This document shows positions 54,152 through 64,000 of a stretch of 64,000 nt of DNA, one piece after another. Numbering within the stretch: the first letter of the stretch is position 1; the number at the start of each line of letters is the position of its first letter. Source of the stretch: a bacterium (GTDB lineage: Bacteria > Patescibacteriota > UBA1384 > 2-12-FULL-50-11); NCBI GenBank assembly GCA_021463485.1, contig JAJTYJ010000001.1, positions 65,378 to 129,377 of the forward strand, in the 5' to 3' direction. The translations under genes were made by a program, and so were the position numbers. Below the pieces are notes generated by a model. The model saw nothing but the letters and a program-made list of their open reading frames with translations. It did not search any database and was not told the origin of the DNA.

Positions 54152-55856
54152 ATTGCTTCAGCAAATCTATAAAGACTTTATTAGGTATTTCGACGCGACC
54201 TAAGTTGCGCATTTTTTTCTTACCTTTTTTCTGTTTTTCTAGCAGTTTGTTTTTGCGGGTAACATCACCGCCGTACAACTTAGTGGTCACGTCTTTGCGA
54301 AAGGCAGAGATAGTTTCACGAGCAATAATTTTACCTCCAATCGCCGCTTGTAGCGATACTTCAAAGTTCTGACGTGGTATTAACTCTTTTAGTTTTTTCA
54401 CCATTGCTCGTCCGTACCGCTCGGCCTTTGAACGAACCATATACTGGGTAAATGCATCAACGCGCTCGTCGGCGATAACCAAACCAACCGCAACTAAGTC
54501 TGCTTCGCGATAACCGATTAACTTGTAATCCATCGAGGCGTAGCCAGCGGTTACCGATTTAAGTCGATCGTAAAACTCAACAATGACTTCAGCGAGCGGT
54601 GCCTGGTAACGGCAAATAACGCGATCACCGATGTACTCAACATTTTGAAATTCTGTTCGATATTGAGAGGTTAGTTCGCTGACCGTACCGTAATACCGTT
54701 GCGGGCAGACGATCTCTAAATCGACCCATGGCTCTTGCTGGGCGTTTGGTTCAAGGATGTAAGCAACCGTTGGTGTCGTAACTAAAACAGATACATCGAA
54801 CTCCCGGGCTAAGCGTTCCTTGATAATTTCCATATGCAACAAACCCAGAAAGCCGATATTGTAGCCCGGGCCGAGCGCCTTCGAGTTGACTGGCTCGTAG
54901 TCGAGCGAGGCGTCGTTTAGCTTGAGTTTTTCTAATGCATTACCAAGTAGCCGTTCCTCGCCCGGTTCTGGATAGAAGGAAGCGTAAATCATCGGCTTTG
55001 GCGTTTGATAGCCTGGTAACGCCGCCGTACTATGATGTGCCACAATTGTGTCGCCAACACGGCAGTCTTGAACTGTTTTTAAACCAGTTGCTACGTAACC
55101 GATCTCGCCCTCGCTTAGCTGATCGAGCGTGTATCGCTTGAGTTGTAAATAACCGACTTGGAGCGTTTCGAACTGCGCTTCAGTTGCTTTCATTTGTAAT
55201 TTTTCTTGCTTGGAAATTGAGCCGCTAACGATTTTAACGTACGCGACAACGCCCAAAAATGAGTCAAAGAACGAGTCGAATACTAGAGCTTGCAATTCGT
55301 CTCCCCCCGTAACTTTTGGTGCCGGGATGTCTGTTACAATTTTTTCAAGTAACTCATCGACACCCTCGCCCGTTTTACCAGAAACAAAACAGATATCTTC
55401 GTACGGACAGTTTAGTAAGTTCATTACCTCCTCAGCTGCTTCTTCTGGTTGTGCCGTTGGCAAGTCTATTTTATTAATCACAGGGATTACCCGCAGATTT
55501 AGTTTTTGCGCTTGATAGAGGTTAGTCAGCGTTTGCGCTTGGATACCTTGGCTCGCATCAACTAACAATAGTACCCCCTCGACAGCAGCGAGCGAGCGCG
55601 AGACTTCGTACCCAAAATCGACATGACCGGGCGTGTCAATAAGATTCAGTTGGTACTCCTGTCCGTTACACCGATACAACATTCTGGCTGGGTTGAGCTT
55701 AATAGTAATCCCTTTTTCCTTCTCGAGATCCATCGTATCTAGTAGCTGATTACCACTCCCCGTTTTAACCGAACCGGTTTTTTCCAACAAGCGATCGGCA
55801 AGCGTCGACTTACCGTGATCAATATGAGCTATAATCGCAAAATTACGGATATTCAT
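54150..55856 (-). CDS. lepA: Elongation factor 4 (LepA)
   Basis: IRNFAIIAHIDHGKSTLADR; DTPGHVDF; YGGDVTRKNKLLEKQK. Confidence 0.96.
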   Translation of the reverse strand: MNIRNFAIIAHIDHGKSTLADRLLEKTGSVKTGSGNQLLDTMDLEKEKGITIKLNPARMLYRCNGQEYQLNLIDTPGHVDFGYEVSRSLAAVEGVLLLVDASQGIQAQTLTNLYQAQKLNLRVIPVINKIDLPTAQPEEAAEEVMNLLNCPYEDICFVSGKTGEGVDELLEKIVTDIPAPKVTGGDELQALVFDSFFDSFLGVVAYVKIVSGSISKQEKLQMKATEAQFETLQVGYLQLKRYTLDQLSEGEIGYVATGLKTVQDCRVGDTIVAHHSTAALPGYQTPKPMIYASFYPEPGEERLLGNALEKLKLNDASLDYEPVNSKALGPGYNIGFLGLLHMEIIKERLAREFDVSVLVTTPTVAYILEPNAQQEPWVDLEIVCPQRYYGTVSELTSQYRTEFQNVEYIGDRVICRYQAPLAEVIVEFYDRLKSVTAGYASMDYKLIGYREADLVAVGLVIADERVDAFTQYMVRSKAERYGRAMVKKLKELIPRQNFEVSLQAAIGGKIIARETISAFRKDVTTKLYGGDVTRKNKLLEKQKKGKKKMRNLGRVEIPNKVFIDLLKQ

Positions 55857-55994
55857 ACCTGTTAATTTTACCTGATCTGAGGTTGATACTCTAGACGAAG
55901 CGCTTTAAGAAATAGACCGCACCAGCGACTAACGCCGCCAGTATGACAATCGAAATAAGTACCGATACGCAGCCGCTAGCGTGGCGCGACTTAT

Positions 55995-57605
55995 CTACGT
56001 CTGAGTAGAACGTCTGTTGCGGATCATCTGCCATTGCTCTAGATTAAACACTTTACTCCAAGCAAAGTAAAACAGTAGTCCTACCGCTAATCCAAACAAT
56101 AGTTCAATTAGATTCTGCGCGGACGGACTATTAGTAAAAAGTGCGCTAACAGTCGGTGAGACGACGTAAGCAACAGTAAAGACTGCTGTCGTCATTAGCC
56201 CACCGACTAACACCAGCAGCACGTTCTTTTTGCCGTCTGTATCGTAAAAGAAACTTCGCAGTGGGACACCTATTGTCGACCATAGTAGTAAGGCGTTAAT
56301 TATTGAACCAATCGAAAAGGCGAGCGCGAGCCCAGCCACACCGAGCGTGGTTGCGCGAGCGCTCCACCAGGCAAAAAGAAGTGCGACCGCAATCGAGCAG
56401 ACGCTATAGATAGTGGGGCGCATCGTGTCTGAGCGCGCAAAATACGCTCGCGCCAAAAGTAGTACGGCACCTTGAAAGAATATTGAAATTACGAAATACG
56501 AAAAGGTCTTGATCGCCATTATTGTTTCAGCTGGGTCGATACTATGACCGATCGAGATATATAAACCGATAATTTGTGTTCTAAACAGTAAAAGATATAT
56601 CGTCGCGGGTAGAAAAATAAATAGGAGTAGACGAAGCGCCTTGCCGACAAGTTGTTGGTACTCTTCCTTTTGATCCTTAGCAAATTTGCGCGTAAAGTCC
56701 GGTAAAATCGCCATCGCTAACGTATTAGCGAGTAGCAACACGGGTGCGGTTTGTAGATCGTCGGTCAGGCGATAAATAGCGATCGAACCAGCCGAAAAAT
56801 CTGAGGCGATGCGATAGAAAGCGATCAACAACAACTGCGTACTAGTGAGAGCAATTGTTCTTGGGATCATTAGTTTAAACACCTGACGAACTAAACCGCT
56901 GCCAAAACTAATCTCAAAACTAAAACGCCAACCTAGTCGCAGTAAACTTGGAAGCTGAACGAGAAAATGCGCCGCTGCCCCTAAGATTACTCCAAAAACG
57001 AGAACCGGTAAGCCGAATCTGGGGATAAGCAGGGCGCCCGTAATAATTGAGACGTTGTAAACGATCGGCGCTAATGCCGGCGCAAAAAACATTTTCTTTG
57101 CCTGCAGTGCCGAGGTTGAGAGCTGGGAAACAGTAAAGAACAACGGGCTTAACAGCATCGCCTGCGCTAACTCAGTCGTCTGCCGGATATCAATATCTGT
57201 AAAACCTGGGAACAATCGCGGCATTAACCAGGGCAGCATAAAATATAGCGCAGCTAGACCGAAAATAATTGCCGTAAATCCGGTCGAGAGTAGCGTATTA
57301 AACGTCTGCCAAAATTTCTGATCGTTCTCCTCGGTATCGATTTTTACCAGTAGCGGGAGGATTGCCGAGCTGAGCGCACCGACGATTAAAATACTGTAAA
57401 GAAAATCAGGTAGAACAAAGGCGGCGTAGTAATTATCGAGCGGACCTATCGAGCCGTAGGTTACGCCAACCCGATTGGCGATAATAATATTACGAATAAG
57501 CCCCAGCACGTTGCTAATTAGTACCGTCACAAACAAGATACCGACCGCCTGCTTCAAGTTGTGCGACTGATAGAACAAGTTGGTGATGCGGCGGATTGGC
57601 GACAT
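55995..57605 (-). CDS. murJ: Lipid II flippase MurJ
   Basis: SNVLGLIR, AAFVLPD, GALSSAILP and ARAYFA..DT.RP motifs. Confidence 0.9.
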   Translation of the reverse strand: MSPIRRITNLFYQSHNLKQAVGILFVTVLISNVLGLIRNIIIANRVGVTYGSIGPLDNYYAAFVLPDFLYSILIVGALSSAILPLLVKIDTEENDQKFWQTFNTLLSTGFTAIIFGLAALYFMLPWLMPRLFPGFTDIDIRQTTELAQAMLLSPLFFTVSQLSTSALQAKKMFFAPALAPIVYNVSIITGALLIPRFGLPVLVFGVILGAAAHFLVQLPSLLRLGWRFSFEISFGSGLVRQVFKLMIPRTIALTSTQLLLIAFYRIASDFSAGSIAIYRLTDDLQTAPVLLLANTLAMAILPDFTRKFAKDQKEEYQQLVGKALRLLLFIFLPATIYLLLFRTQIIGLYISIGHSIDPAETIMAIKTFSYFVISIFFQGAVLLLARAYFARSDTMRPTIYSVCSIAVALLFAWWSARATTLGVAGLALAFSIGSIINALLLWSTIGVPLRSFFYDTDGKKNVLLVLVGGLMTTAVFTVAYVVSPTVSALFTNSPSAQNLIELLFGLAVGLLFYFAWSKVFNLEQWQMIRNRRSTQT

Positions 57606-58921
57606 TATTTACTTCTTGCCAGACGGATAAACAGCATGCCGAATAAAATCATCCCCGCTGCCACCAAAAACAGTAGAGCCGCGTTATTCGGCGTGATCTG
57701 AATCGGACCCGGGAACTTATACATCGGCTCGGTGTGATCTGCGATCGAAGGATCGAACGTAAGTTTCGCCTGCGCAACCTCCCGCTCGCCAGCACGAACA
57801 GATAAGGCAACGCTTTGATTGGTTGTGATAGTAGAAGAAACGGTCGCGACCGTTATTCCGTTCAGTGCTCGCTGCTCAATAACTTGTGCGCTTCCCGACA
57901 CTGGCACAACAGTTAGCTGCTCACTACTTACTTTCCCCTGATCGTCACGAGCGGCGATCACAACTTTAGCGGTCTTAGTAGCGACTTCCGGCAACACTGC
58001 CACGCTCGTCAGTTTCTGGTCAGCAACACCGCCGCCAGCGCTTGATGTGACAAAGCTTTTCGTTTGTGTTTTTAGAGAAGTTTTTTTGTCTTCGGAGTAA
58101 ACTACAAGCTGATAATAATACCGTGTCTCTGGTTCGAGAGCTGAGAAGTCGATTAGATGGTGCTGCGATAGCTCGCTTGCTTCAATCGTCAGCGGTAAGT
58201 CGTTAGTATTGCCAAAACGAACGCTTACCCCACCAACGTACTTCAGCGAAACAAGCAACTTCGCAGCGACATCGGAAACAACTGGCTCGTTACGCAGCAC
58301 CTTTTGCGCCGAGAAAGTCGGGAGAACTTCGGCAGACTTCGTTAACGTTTCGGTTGGCTTCGCCGCCTCCCCGTTTCGCTCAGAGATAATTCCGCTACTA
58401 TCCTGGATTGAAACAATTGCGTTATAAAGCGCCGGCGAACGACTCGAATCAATCGCTGTGATACTGCTGTCGCTCTGACGGAAACGAACTGTCGCTTGGC
58501 CCTCGGCTATTGTTTTGAACGTTACCGAACCAAACGTTACCTCTCCGCTCAACTGTACCGTCGTGCCGAATTCCGTAGACGGAAGAAGCGTCCAAGCCAC
58601 CACCCCTTCGTCAGCCACGCTTTGCAAACTAGTAAATGGGGGAGTTACTGTTGTTTCAGAAAACTCCAATAATGACTGATCGTATTCCAAGTAAAACTGT
58701 GCCCCAGCAATCACTGCCGCACCCTGAATATTGGCTTTGACTTGTAGGGTGACGTTGGAGTTAGGTTTGCGCGAGAACGTCGTCGGCGAGATAAAGAGTG
58801 ACGAATCAACTTGGTCGGCTTTAAAATAAACGTTTTGTAACACCATCGATCCAAAGAGCAGTACTGCAGTAATAAAACTTAGAATAATAAACACCGCTCG
58901 ACTCGACAGCGCTCGTTTCAT
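57605..58921 (-). CDS. Cohesin + FN3-like domain surface protein with N- and C-terminal TM
   Basis: IAGAQFYLEYDQSLLEF...GSVTFKTIAEGQATVRF (cohesin-like); HLIDFSALEPETRYYYQL (FN3-like). Confidence 0.65.
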   Translation of the reverse strand: MKRALSSRAVFIILSFITAVLLFGSMVLQNVYFKADQVDSSLFISPTTFSRKPNSNVTLQVKANIQGAAVIAGAQFYLEYDQSLLEFSETTVTPPFTSLQSVADEGVVAWTLLPSTEFGTTVQLSGEVTFGSVTFKTIAEGQATVRFRQSDSSITAIDSSRSPALYNAIVSIQDSSGIISERNGEAAKPTETLTKSAEVLPTFSAQKVLRNEPVVSDVAAKLLVSLKYVGGVSVRFGNTNDLPLTIEASELSQHHLIDFSALEPETRYYYQLVVYSEDKKTSLKTQTKSFVTSSAGGGVADQKLTSVAVLPEVATKTAKVVIAARDDQGKVSSEQLTVVPVSGSAQVIEQRALNGITVATVSSTITTNQSVALSVRAGEREVAQAKLTFDPSIADHTEPMYKFPGPIQITPNNAALLFLVAAGMILFGMLFIRLARSK

Positions 58922-59472
58922 TACTCAATCTTCCCCCAGGGCTTACTGTCCGGTCGATCGGCGCCAACCCCTTTATTTATGCGCACAGTCACAACATCAT
59001 CAACCGAAACTTTACCGTCCCCTGTGATGTCGGCTAGGCCGCCGATGGAGTACAGCGCATCAGTAACCAACTTCTCGTCAGCTGCGTCGATTGCGTTATC
59101 TTTAGTTACATCACCGAGGCGGATAGGTACGGTGATAGACCGAGTGAGGGGAGTGCTTACGACTACTGAGCTAGCGAGCGACGTCGGTAGCTTCATGAAA
59201 ACTGCGTACTCACCAGACGACGCTGGAAGATAATTTTTGAGAAGTACTGTTCGGCATTCTCTAACTGGGACCGACCGATCAACTAAGGGTTTCGGGTCGT
59301 TAACAGCCGCAACTAGCAGCCATATTTTCTCCGGGCAGATGTCGTTAGGTATCTCTGAGAGCGTTAAAACCGGAGTCGCCGTTGGGGACGACGCGGCGAG
59401 CGGCTGGTAATAAAACGAGTAGTAACCAAACGCGATTAGAGCGATCACGATTGTCCCGAAGAAATACTTCAT
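58921..59472 (-). CDS. Dockerin-like domain exported protein
   Basis: Two Ca-binding repeats: GDVTKDNAIDAAD and ADITGDGKVSVDD. Confidence 0.65.
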   Translation of the reverse strand: MKYFFGTIVIALIAFGYYSFYYQPLAASSPTATPVLTLSEIPNDICPEKIWLLVAAVNDPKPLVDRSVPVRECRTVLLKNYLPASSGEYAVFMKLPTSLASSVVVSTPLTRSITVPIRLGDVTKDNAIDAADEKLVTDALYSIGGLADITGDGKVSVDDVVTVRINKGVGADRPDSKPWGKIE

Positions 59473-59520
59473 TCTTGTTTTAGACTATCACGAACCAGTT
59501 ACGACGGTCTATGCTCGTAA

Positions 59521-59769
59521 CTACTTATTCGTCTTCATTAGTAATCTGGCGACAAAGTAACCGAATATAAAAAGTATGAGAACGATGGTGTTTATTCCAA
59601 GAAGCGGCAGAAGAATACTCGGCTCGTTTACTGACCCACTGCAATTCTCAGTACAAAGTATCGCTGCGTCGTAAAAGAATTGCCGACCGTACAAAAGAAT
59701 AAATACAAGATTAGCCAGCAGCGTCACCACAACTATTGCAAATAGATAGGCAGCCGCAAATCGTTTCAT
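59521..59769 (-). CDS. Small 2-TM membrane protein
   Basis: Two hydrophobic helices around a CTENC loop. Confidence 0.6.
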   Translation of the reverse strand: MKRFAAAYLFAIVVVTLLANLVFILLYGRQFFYDAAILCTENCSGSVNEPSILLPLLGINTIVLILFIFGYFVARLLMKTNK

Positions 59770-59814
59770 GTGTTTAGCGTACTCTAATCGAGGAAACTAG
59801 GCTACGATAAGGTC

Positions 59815-61392
59815 ATGATCCGAATTTTCCAAATATCGCTCTTTGCGATACTGCTGTTGTGCCTAGCTGGGCAAGCACGCAGCGCCGCGCCGATGCAACA
59901 GCTCAGTATTGAGACAGTTCTAAATCAGAACGGATCGGTTCAGGTCGCACAGAGATTAACGTACAACACTCCTGTTCAGCTCGAATGGGAGGTTTTTTCG
60001 AATATCAGAAAACTTGCTGTTAGCGCCGACGGTAGTGACATCGACGACTCTCGCTACTCGGTTGGTAAGATTGGTAACCACCACGTAGTCCGCGCAAAGC
60101 AGCTCGCTCGAGAATGGAAAATTACGTATACAACGACCACAACGCTAGTTAGAAACAATAATCGCGATCAAATTTTTATAAAAATTTTTCAGGAGATTCC
60201 TGATCCAATCTATAACGTCTCTGTCAGTTTCTCGTTGCCGACTAAAGATATGACCGAAGGACTAACTGGAAACGCATTTGCAATTTCCGGGGTTTCAAAC
60301 CCTAAAACGACTGTCCGAAATAATACAGTTGTGTATAGCGCCGAATACGCTGCTCCGGGATCGTTGTTTACAATCAGTGCTAGTTGGCCGAAACGAGTTC
60401 TTTCATTAACTAAAGTTCAGGAAATACGACTATATCTAACAAATTTAGAGGTTTTACCGTGGCTGACGCTTGGAATACTGCTACCAATTATCGGCCTGTC
60501 GATGTTGCTACTACTATACAGACGTCAACGCCTCGACCGTGTGCCTGTTACTTCGGTCCTCGACCGCCCCCCGAGCCAGCTTTCAGCGCTGTTGGTCGGT
60601 GTGCTTGTACAAAAGAAGATACACCCCCGGGTAATTGTGGCGTTGCTTGTAGAACTTTGTCGACGCGGCTATATCGTTATTGTTGAGCGAACGGGGCAGT
60701 ATTATCTAAGCCAACGCAAGCCGTTCGATGAGCATCTAACAAGTTGGGAGCGCAATATCCTTGAAGAGCTTTTCCCAGATCACGGCAAGCTCGCAACTGA
60801 GGGGCTGCAAGAGATCACAGATAGCTCGCTGTTTAGCCCAAAAGTCCGAGACGCGTTCGGACAAGTGTATCAAATCATTACCGAACAAAACTTTTTCTTA
60901 GAGAACCCACACTTGACCCGAGTTAAGTATAAACTTTTCGGTTTAGCGCTATACTTTACCAGCGCCATCGGGCTGCTTTGGGTAGCGATTGTCGGTGCGT
61001 CGCCGTATTTAAGCATACCGCTCGGTGGCACGATGCTAGTCTCGTTTCTGATTATTCGATTGACGCCCAAGTTAGTTCGATACAGCGAAGCGGGTATTAC
61101 AACCCGCAGAGACTGGATATCGTTCGGTAACTTTTTAGGGCTAAAGGAACCGTTACCGCTAGAGAGTACTCGTAACCACACCTTCGAGTTATATCTCCCT
61201 TACGCTATTGCTCTGAATAAAACTAAGGAATGGGCCGAGCGATTCGACCGATCGAGCACTACTATTATAAAACCCGATTGGTTTATTACGTACAAAGAGT
61301 CCTCAACTACTCAATTCGTTGAAGACATCACCGAGTTAACCGACTCGATCTCAAAAACGATCACGACCCTCAGGGGACCGTTGGTTTCTTAA
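59815..61392 (+). CDS. DUF2207 domain membrane protein
   Basis: Signal peptide; LVELCRRGYI; YLPYAIAL...WAERF...PDW. Confidence 0.8.
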   Translation: MIRIFQISLFAILLLCLAGQARSAAPMQQLSIETVLNQNGSVQVAQRLTYNTPVQLEWEVFSNIRKLAVSADGSDIDDSRYSVGKIGNHHVVRAKQLAREWKITYTTTTTLVRNNNRDQIFIKIFQEIPDPIYNVSVSFSLPTKDMTEGLTGNAFAISGVSNPKTTVRNNTVVYSAEYAAPGSLFTISASWPKRVLSLTKVQEIRLYLTNLEVLPWLTLGILLPIIGLSMLLLLYRRQRLDRVPVTSVLDRPPSQLSALLVGVLVQKKIHPRVIVALLVELCRRGYIVIVERTGQYYLSQRKPFDEHLTSWERNILEELFPDHGKLATEGLQEITDSSLFSPKVRDAFGQVYQIITEQNFFLENPHLTRVKYKLFGLALYFTSAIGLLWVAIVGASPYLSIPLGGTMLVSFLIIRLTPKLVRYSEAGITTRRDWISFGNFLGLKEPLPLESTRNHTFELYLPYAIALNKTKEWAERFDRSSTTIIKPDWFITYKESSTTQFVEDITELTDSISKTITTLRGPLVS

Positions 61393-61922
61393 GGACGACT
61401 CGGTAACTTTGCGATATTTACCAACGCTTTACCGATTATAAACGACTCTGGGACCGCCCCCCAGGCACGCGAGTCTGAGCTTGCAACTCTATTATCTCCA
61501 AGAACAAAGTATTCTCCCTCGACTAATTTTCGCTCGAGATTCGGGATCGTGAGTAGCTCTGGACTGAGATAACCTTCAACTAAGAGCGTGCCGTTTACGT
61601 AAACCAGCCCATCAGCAATTCGAATCGTCTCGCCGGGCAGCCCGACAACCCGTTTGATAAAACGTTTCTGTGTCTCGCCGGGAAAAAACATCGCGATAAC
61701 ATCGCCGCGCTTCGGTGTTGAAACGATGTAAGCAATTTTGTTAACACCAACTACATCGCCGTCGACGTAGTTCGGTTCCATACTCTTGCCTCGGACAATC
61801 AGTACCGAAAAGAAAAAATAATGGCTCAATAACCCGATCATCAGAAAAATCGTCGCGATCTTGGTGAAATCGTATGTCCAACCAGAAACCCAGAATAATT
61901 TCTCTAAAACCGTATTTTTCAT
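61389..61922 (-). CDS. lepB: Signal peptidase I
   Basis: GKSMEP, FIKRVVGLPGE and GDNR..SSDSR.WG motifs. Confidence 0.93.
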   Translation of the reverse strand: MKNTVLEKLFWVSGWTYDFTKIATIFLMIGLLSHYFFFSVLIVRGKSMEPNYVDGDVVGVNKIAYIVSTPKRGDVIAMFFPGETQKRFIKRVVGLPGETIRIADGLVYVNGTLLVEGYLSPELLTIPNLERKLVEGEYFVLGDNRVASSDSRAWGAVPESFIIGKALVNIAKLPSRP

Positions 61923-61936
61923 CCCCTCCTTCGGGT

Positions 61937-63748
61937 TTAGCCTCGTACTGGTTTTAGTGTAGCAAAGATGGCGGCAAGCTCAGCGTCCTCGAGCGTTTCT
62001 TCTTTAAGTAACGCCTCAGCCATAACTTTTAAAGTCTTAAGCTCTTTACTTAGAAGTTTTAAGGCAGTCTCCCAGGCATTGGTGATAATTTTCGTAATCT
62101 CTTCGTCGATGAGTGCCGCTAACTTTTCCGAATGGACTCTATGCATTCCCATCTCCCGACCAAGAAATACCATCTCTTCGCGCTCGCCAACCTTAATCGG
62201 TCCGAGTCGGCTCATACCAAACACGGTTACCATATTCCGTGCAATAGCCGTCGCGCGCTCAAGATCATTGCTGGCACCAGTTGTTACGGTGTTAAAGATA
62301 ATCTGTTCGGCTGCCCGTCCACCAAGAAGCTGTACAATTTCCTGCTCAAATTTTTTCTGTGGGATTAGTTTGCGATCTTCGTTAGGCAGACTCAGCGTAT
62401 AGCCAAGGGCCATTCCCCTAGAAACGATCGAAACTTTGTGAACGTCATCGAGCTCGGGAAGAATATGACCGAGGATTGCATGTCCGGCCTCGTGGTACGC
62501 GACAGTTTTGCGTTCGCTCTCCGTCATTAGGTAACTCGTTCGCTCAGGACCGAGTAACGTTTTATCGATTGCGTGTCGCAAATCTTTCTGATCGATTTTC
62601 TTTTTACCGTCACGTGCTGCCAGTATCGCCGCCTCGTTCATAACATTGCGCAGATCTGCTCCGGACAAACCAGGTGTACCTTTAGCGACTTCTTCTAGAT
62701 CTACTTTTGAGTCGAGCGGTTTGTTAGCGGCGTGGATTTTTAAAATTGCTGCGCGTTCGGCTCGATCCGGCAAATCGAGCGAAACTTTTCGATCGAATCT
62801 TCCTGGTCGCAAGAGGGCTGGGTCAAGAACGTCAGGACGGTTAGTTGCCGCCAATACAATTACGTTAGCGTCGGTATCAAATCCGTCCATCTCAACTAGA
62901 ATTTGGTTTAACGTTTGCTCACGCTCGTCGTGTGAGCCGCCCAAACCAGTACCGCGCTGTCGCCCAACCGCGTCTAGTTCGTCGATAAAAATAACCGTGG
63001 GCGCAAGACGCTTCGCTTTGGTAAATAGATCGCGCACGCGCGACGCACCGACCCCGACAAACATCTCGACGAATTCAGAAGCAGATAACGACAGAAACGG
63101 GACGTTCGCTTCGCCGGCTACTGCTTTCGCCAAAAGCGTCTTTCCAACGCCAGCTGGGCCGATAAGTAGTACGCCTCTTGGGATCTCCGCTCCGAGCGCT
63201 TTAAACTTGGCCGGACTTTTTAGAAACTCAACTATTTCAACTAGTTCCTGTTTAGCGTGTTTCATCCCCGCCACATCAGCGAACGTGACACGCTTCTCTC
63301 CCATGTACGATCGGGCAGTGGTTTTACCAAACGACATCGCTTGCATATTGCCGCTTTGAGCGCGGCGAGTTAAAAAGTACAGTAACGCCGCAATTAGAAG
63401 AAATGGCAGAAAGATCGAGGCTAGCGTCGACCAAACCGCGCCGGAATCCGGGTTTTTAATGTCAACAATCACTTTCTCAGAGGTAATTCCGTAGTCTTTT
63501 AACCCCTGGCTAGACTCTTTATAGCTCACAAGTTCTGTTTTATCTTTTTTGACAGCGGTAACTTTATTACCCTCGACAATCACTTTTTCAACAGTTCCGG
63601 CTGCGATTTCGCTACTTATTTGAGAGATCGGGACATCTTGAGGTTTCTCTACCGATTGAAAACTAAATAAACTCCAAACAACGGCGATTAAAAATACAAT
63701 TGTTAAAGCCGAGAAGATTTGGCGCCATAAACGATTACGTGTATTCAT
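61937..63748 (-). CDS. ftsH: ATP-dependent zinc metalloprotease FtsH
   Basis: 2 TM; GPAGVGKT; DELDAVG; RPGRFDR; HEAGH. Confidence 0.96.
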   Translation of the reverse strand: MNTRNRLWRQIFSALTIVFLIAVVWSLFSFQSVEKPQDVPISQISSEIAAGTVEKVIVEGNKVTAVKKDKTELVSYKESSQGLKDYGITSEKVIVDIKNPDSGAVWSTLASIFLPFLLIAALLYFLTRRAQSGNMQAMSFGKTTARSYMGEKRVTFADVAGMKHAKQELVEIVEFLKSPAKFKALGAEIPRGVLLIGPAGVGKTLLAKAVAGEANVPFLSLSASEFVEMFVGVGASRVRDLFTKAKRLAPTVIFIDELDAVGRQRGTGLGGSHDEREQTLNQILVEMDGFDTDANVIVLAATNRPDVLDPALLRPGRFDRKVSLDLPDRAERAAILKIHAANKPLDSKVDLEEVAKGTPGLSGADLRNVMNEAAILAARDGKKKIDQKDLRHAIDKTLLGPERTSYLMTESERKTVAYHEAGHAILGHILPELDDVHKVSIVSRGMALGYTLSLPNEDRKLIPQKKFEQEIVQLLGGRAAEQIIFNTVTTGASNDLERATAIARNMVTVFGMSRLGPIKVGEREEMVFLGREMGMHRVHSEKLAALIDEEITKIITNAWETALKLLSKELKTLKVMAEALLKEETLEDAELAAIFATLKPVRG

Positions 63749-63911
63749 TTATTTGTAAACTTTCTTATGCGCGTATTCTGAATGCCTGCTCGATGATTAC
63801 GATTTGTCATAACCAGATTGTACCGAGATAGAGAGCGACAATCAACGTAAGAACCTCGATCGGCGAACCGAGGGTGGTTTTTTGCCCTAGATTGCCTTAT
63901 AATGCCTAATT

Positions 63912-63982
63912 AGCGGGGTGGAGGAATGGTACCTCGAGTGGCTCATAACCACTAGGCGCACGTTCGAATCGTGCCCCCGCTA
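63912..63982 (+). tRNA. tRNA with CAT anticodon (Met, or Ile2)
   Basis: AGCGGGG/CCCCGCT acceptor; AGTGG-CTCATAA-CCACT anticodon arm; GTTCGAATC. Confidence 0.9.
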
Positions 63983-64000
63983 CTATGTAAAATACCTCCA

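Noticed and set aside
1-64000. CRISPR array
   Set aside because: No run of three or more equal repeats with unique spacers was seen, and no cas genes. The direct repeats found are pairs.
1-64000. Alternative genetic code (TGA=Gly, as in Gracilibacteria/Absconditabacteria)
   Set aside because: Conserved genes are full length in code 11, and several end at TGA at the expected place (for example comEA at 15150).

Overview
Bacterial chromosome segment in genetic code 11, most likely a Patescibacteria/CPR organism. That call is an inference from the gene set, the compact intergenic spacing and many SD-less starts with a -10 box 6-8 nt before the ATG. The left part (1-25.3 kb) carries grpE, split comEC, yebC, ruvC, a sugar-modification cluster (GT4, six-hairpin partner, kinase, GH130, GalT, GH94-like), recG, comEA, rpsA, nrnA, rny and several tRNAs. 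The right part (48.9-64 kb) carries dsbB, a ZIP transporter, atl, glpX, lepA, murJ, an adjacent cohesin/dockerin pair, lepB, ftsH and two tRNAs. A ~23 kb integrative conjugative element (ICE) lies at the 3' end of tRNA-Pro(TGG), ~25.4-48.8 kb. It encodes a large serine integrase whose C-terminus is read from the tRNA antisense strand, a minimal VirB2/PrgI/VirB4/VirB6/VirD4 transfer module with a replication-relaxation protein, a candidate ssDNA (Frpo-like) hairpin promoter, and a Fic-AbiTii-K+ channel operon. It also carries a complete diversity-generating retroelement (DGR). The DGR target is a cytoplasmic MoxR/AAA_5-type ATPase, co-encoded with an HExxH-metallopeptidase-vWA protein and a small unknown protein; this is the best candidate for an undescribed system. 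A second signal is a family of short (50-140 bp) hairpin-containing insertions with 15-25 bp duplications at four tRNA genes and at the yebC start. All family assignments are from motif recognition by eye; no database searches were run.
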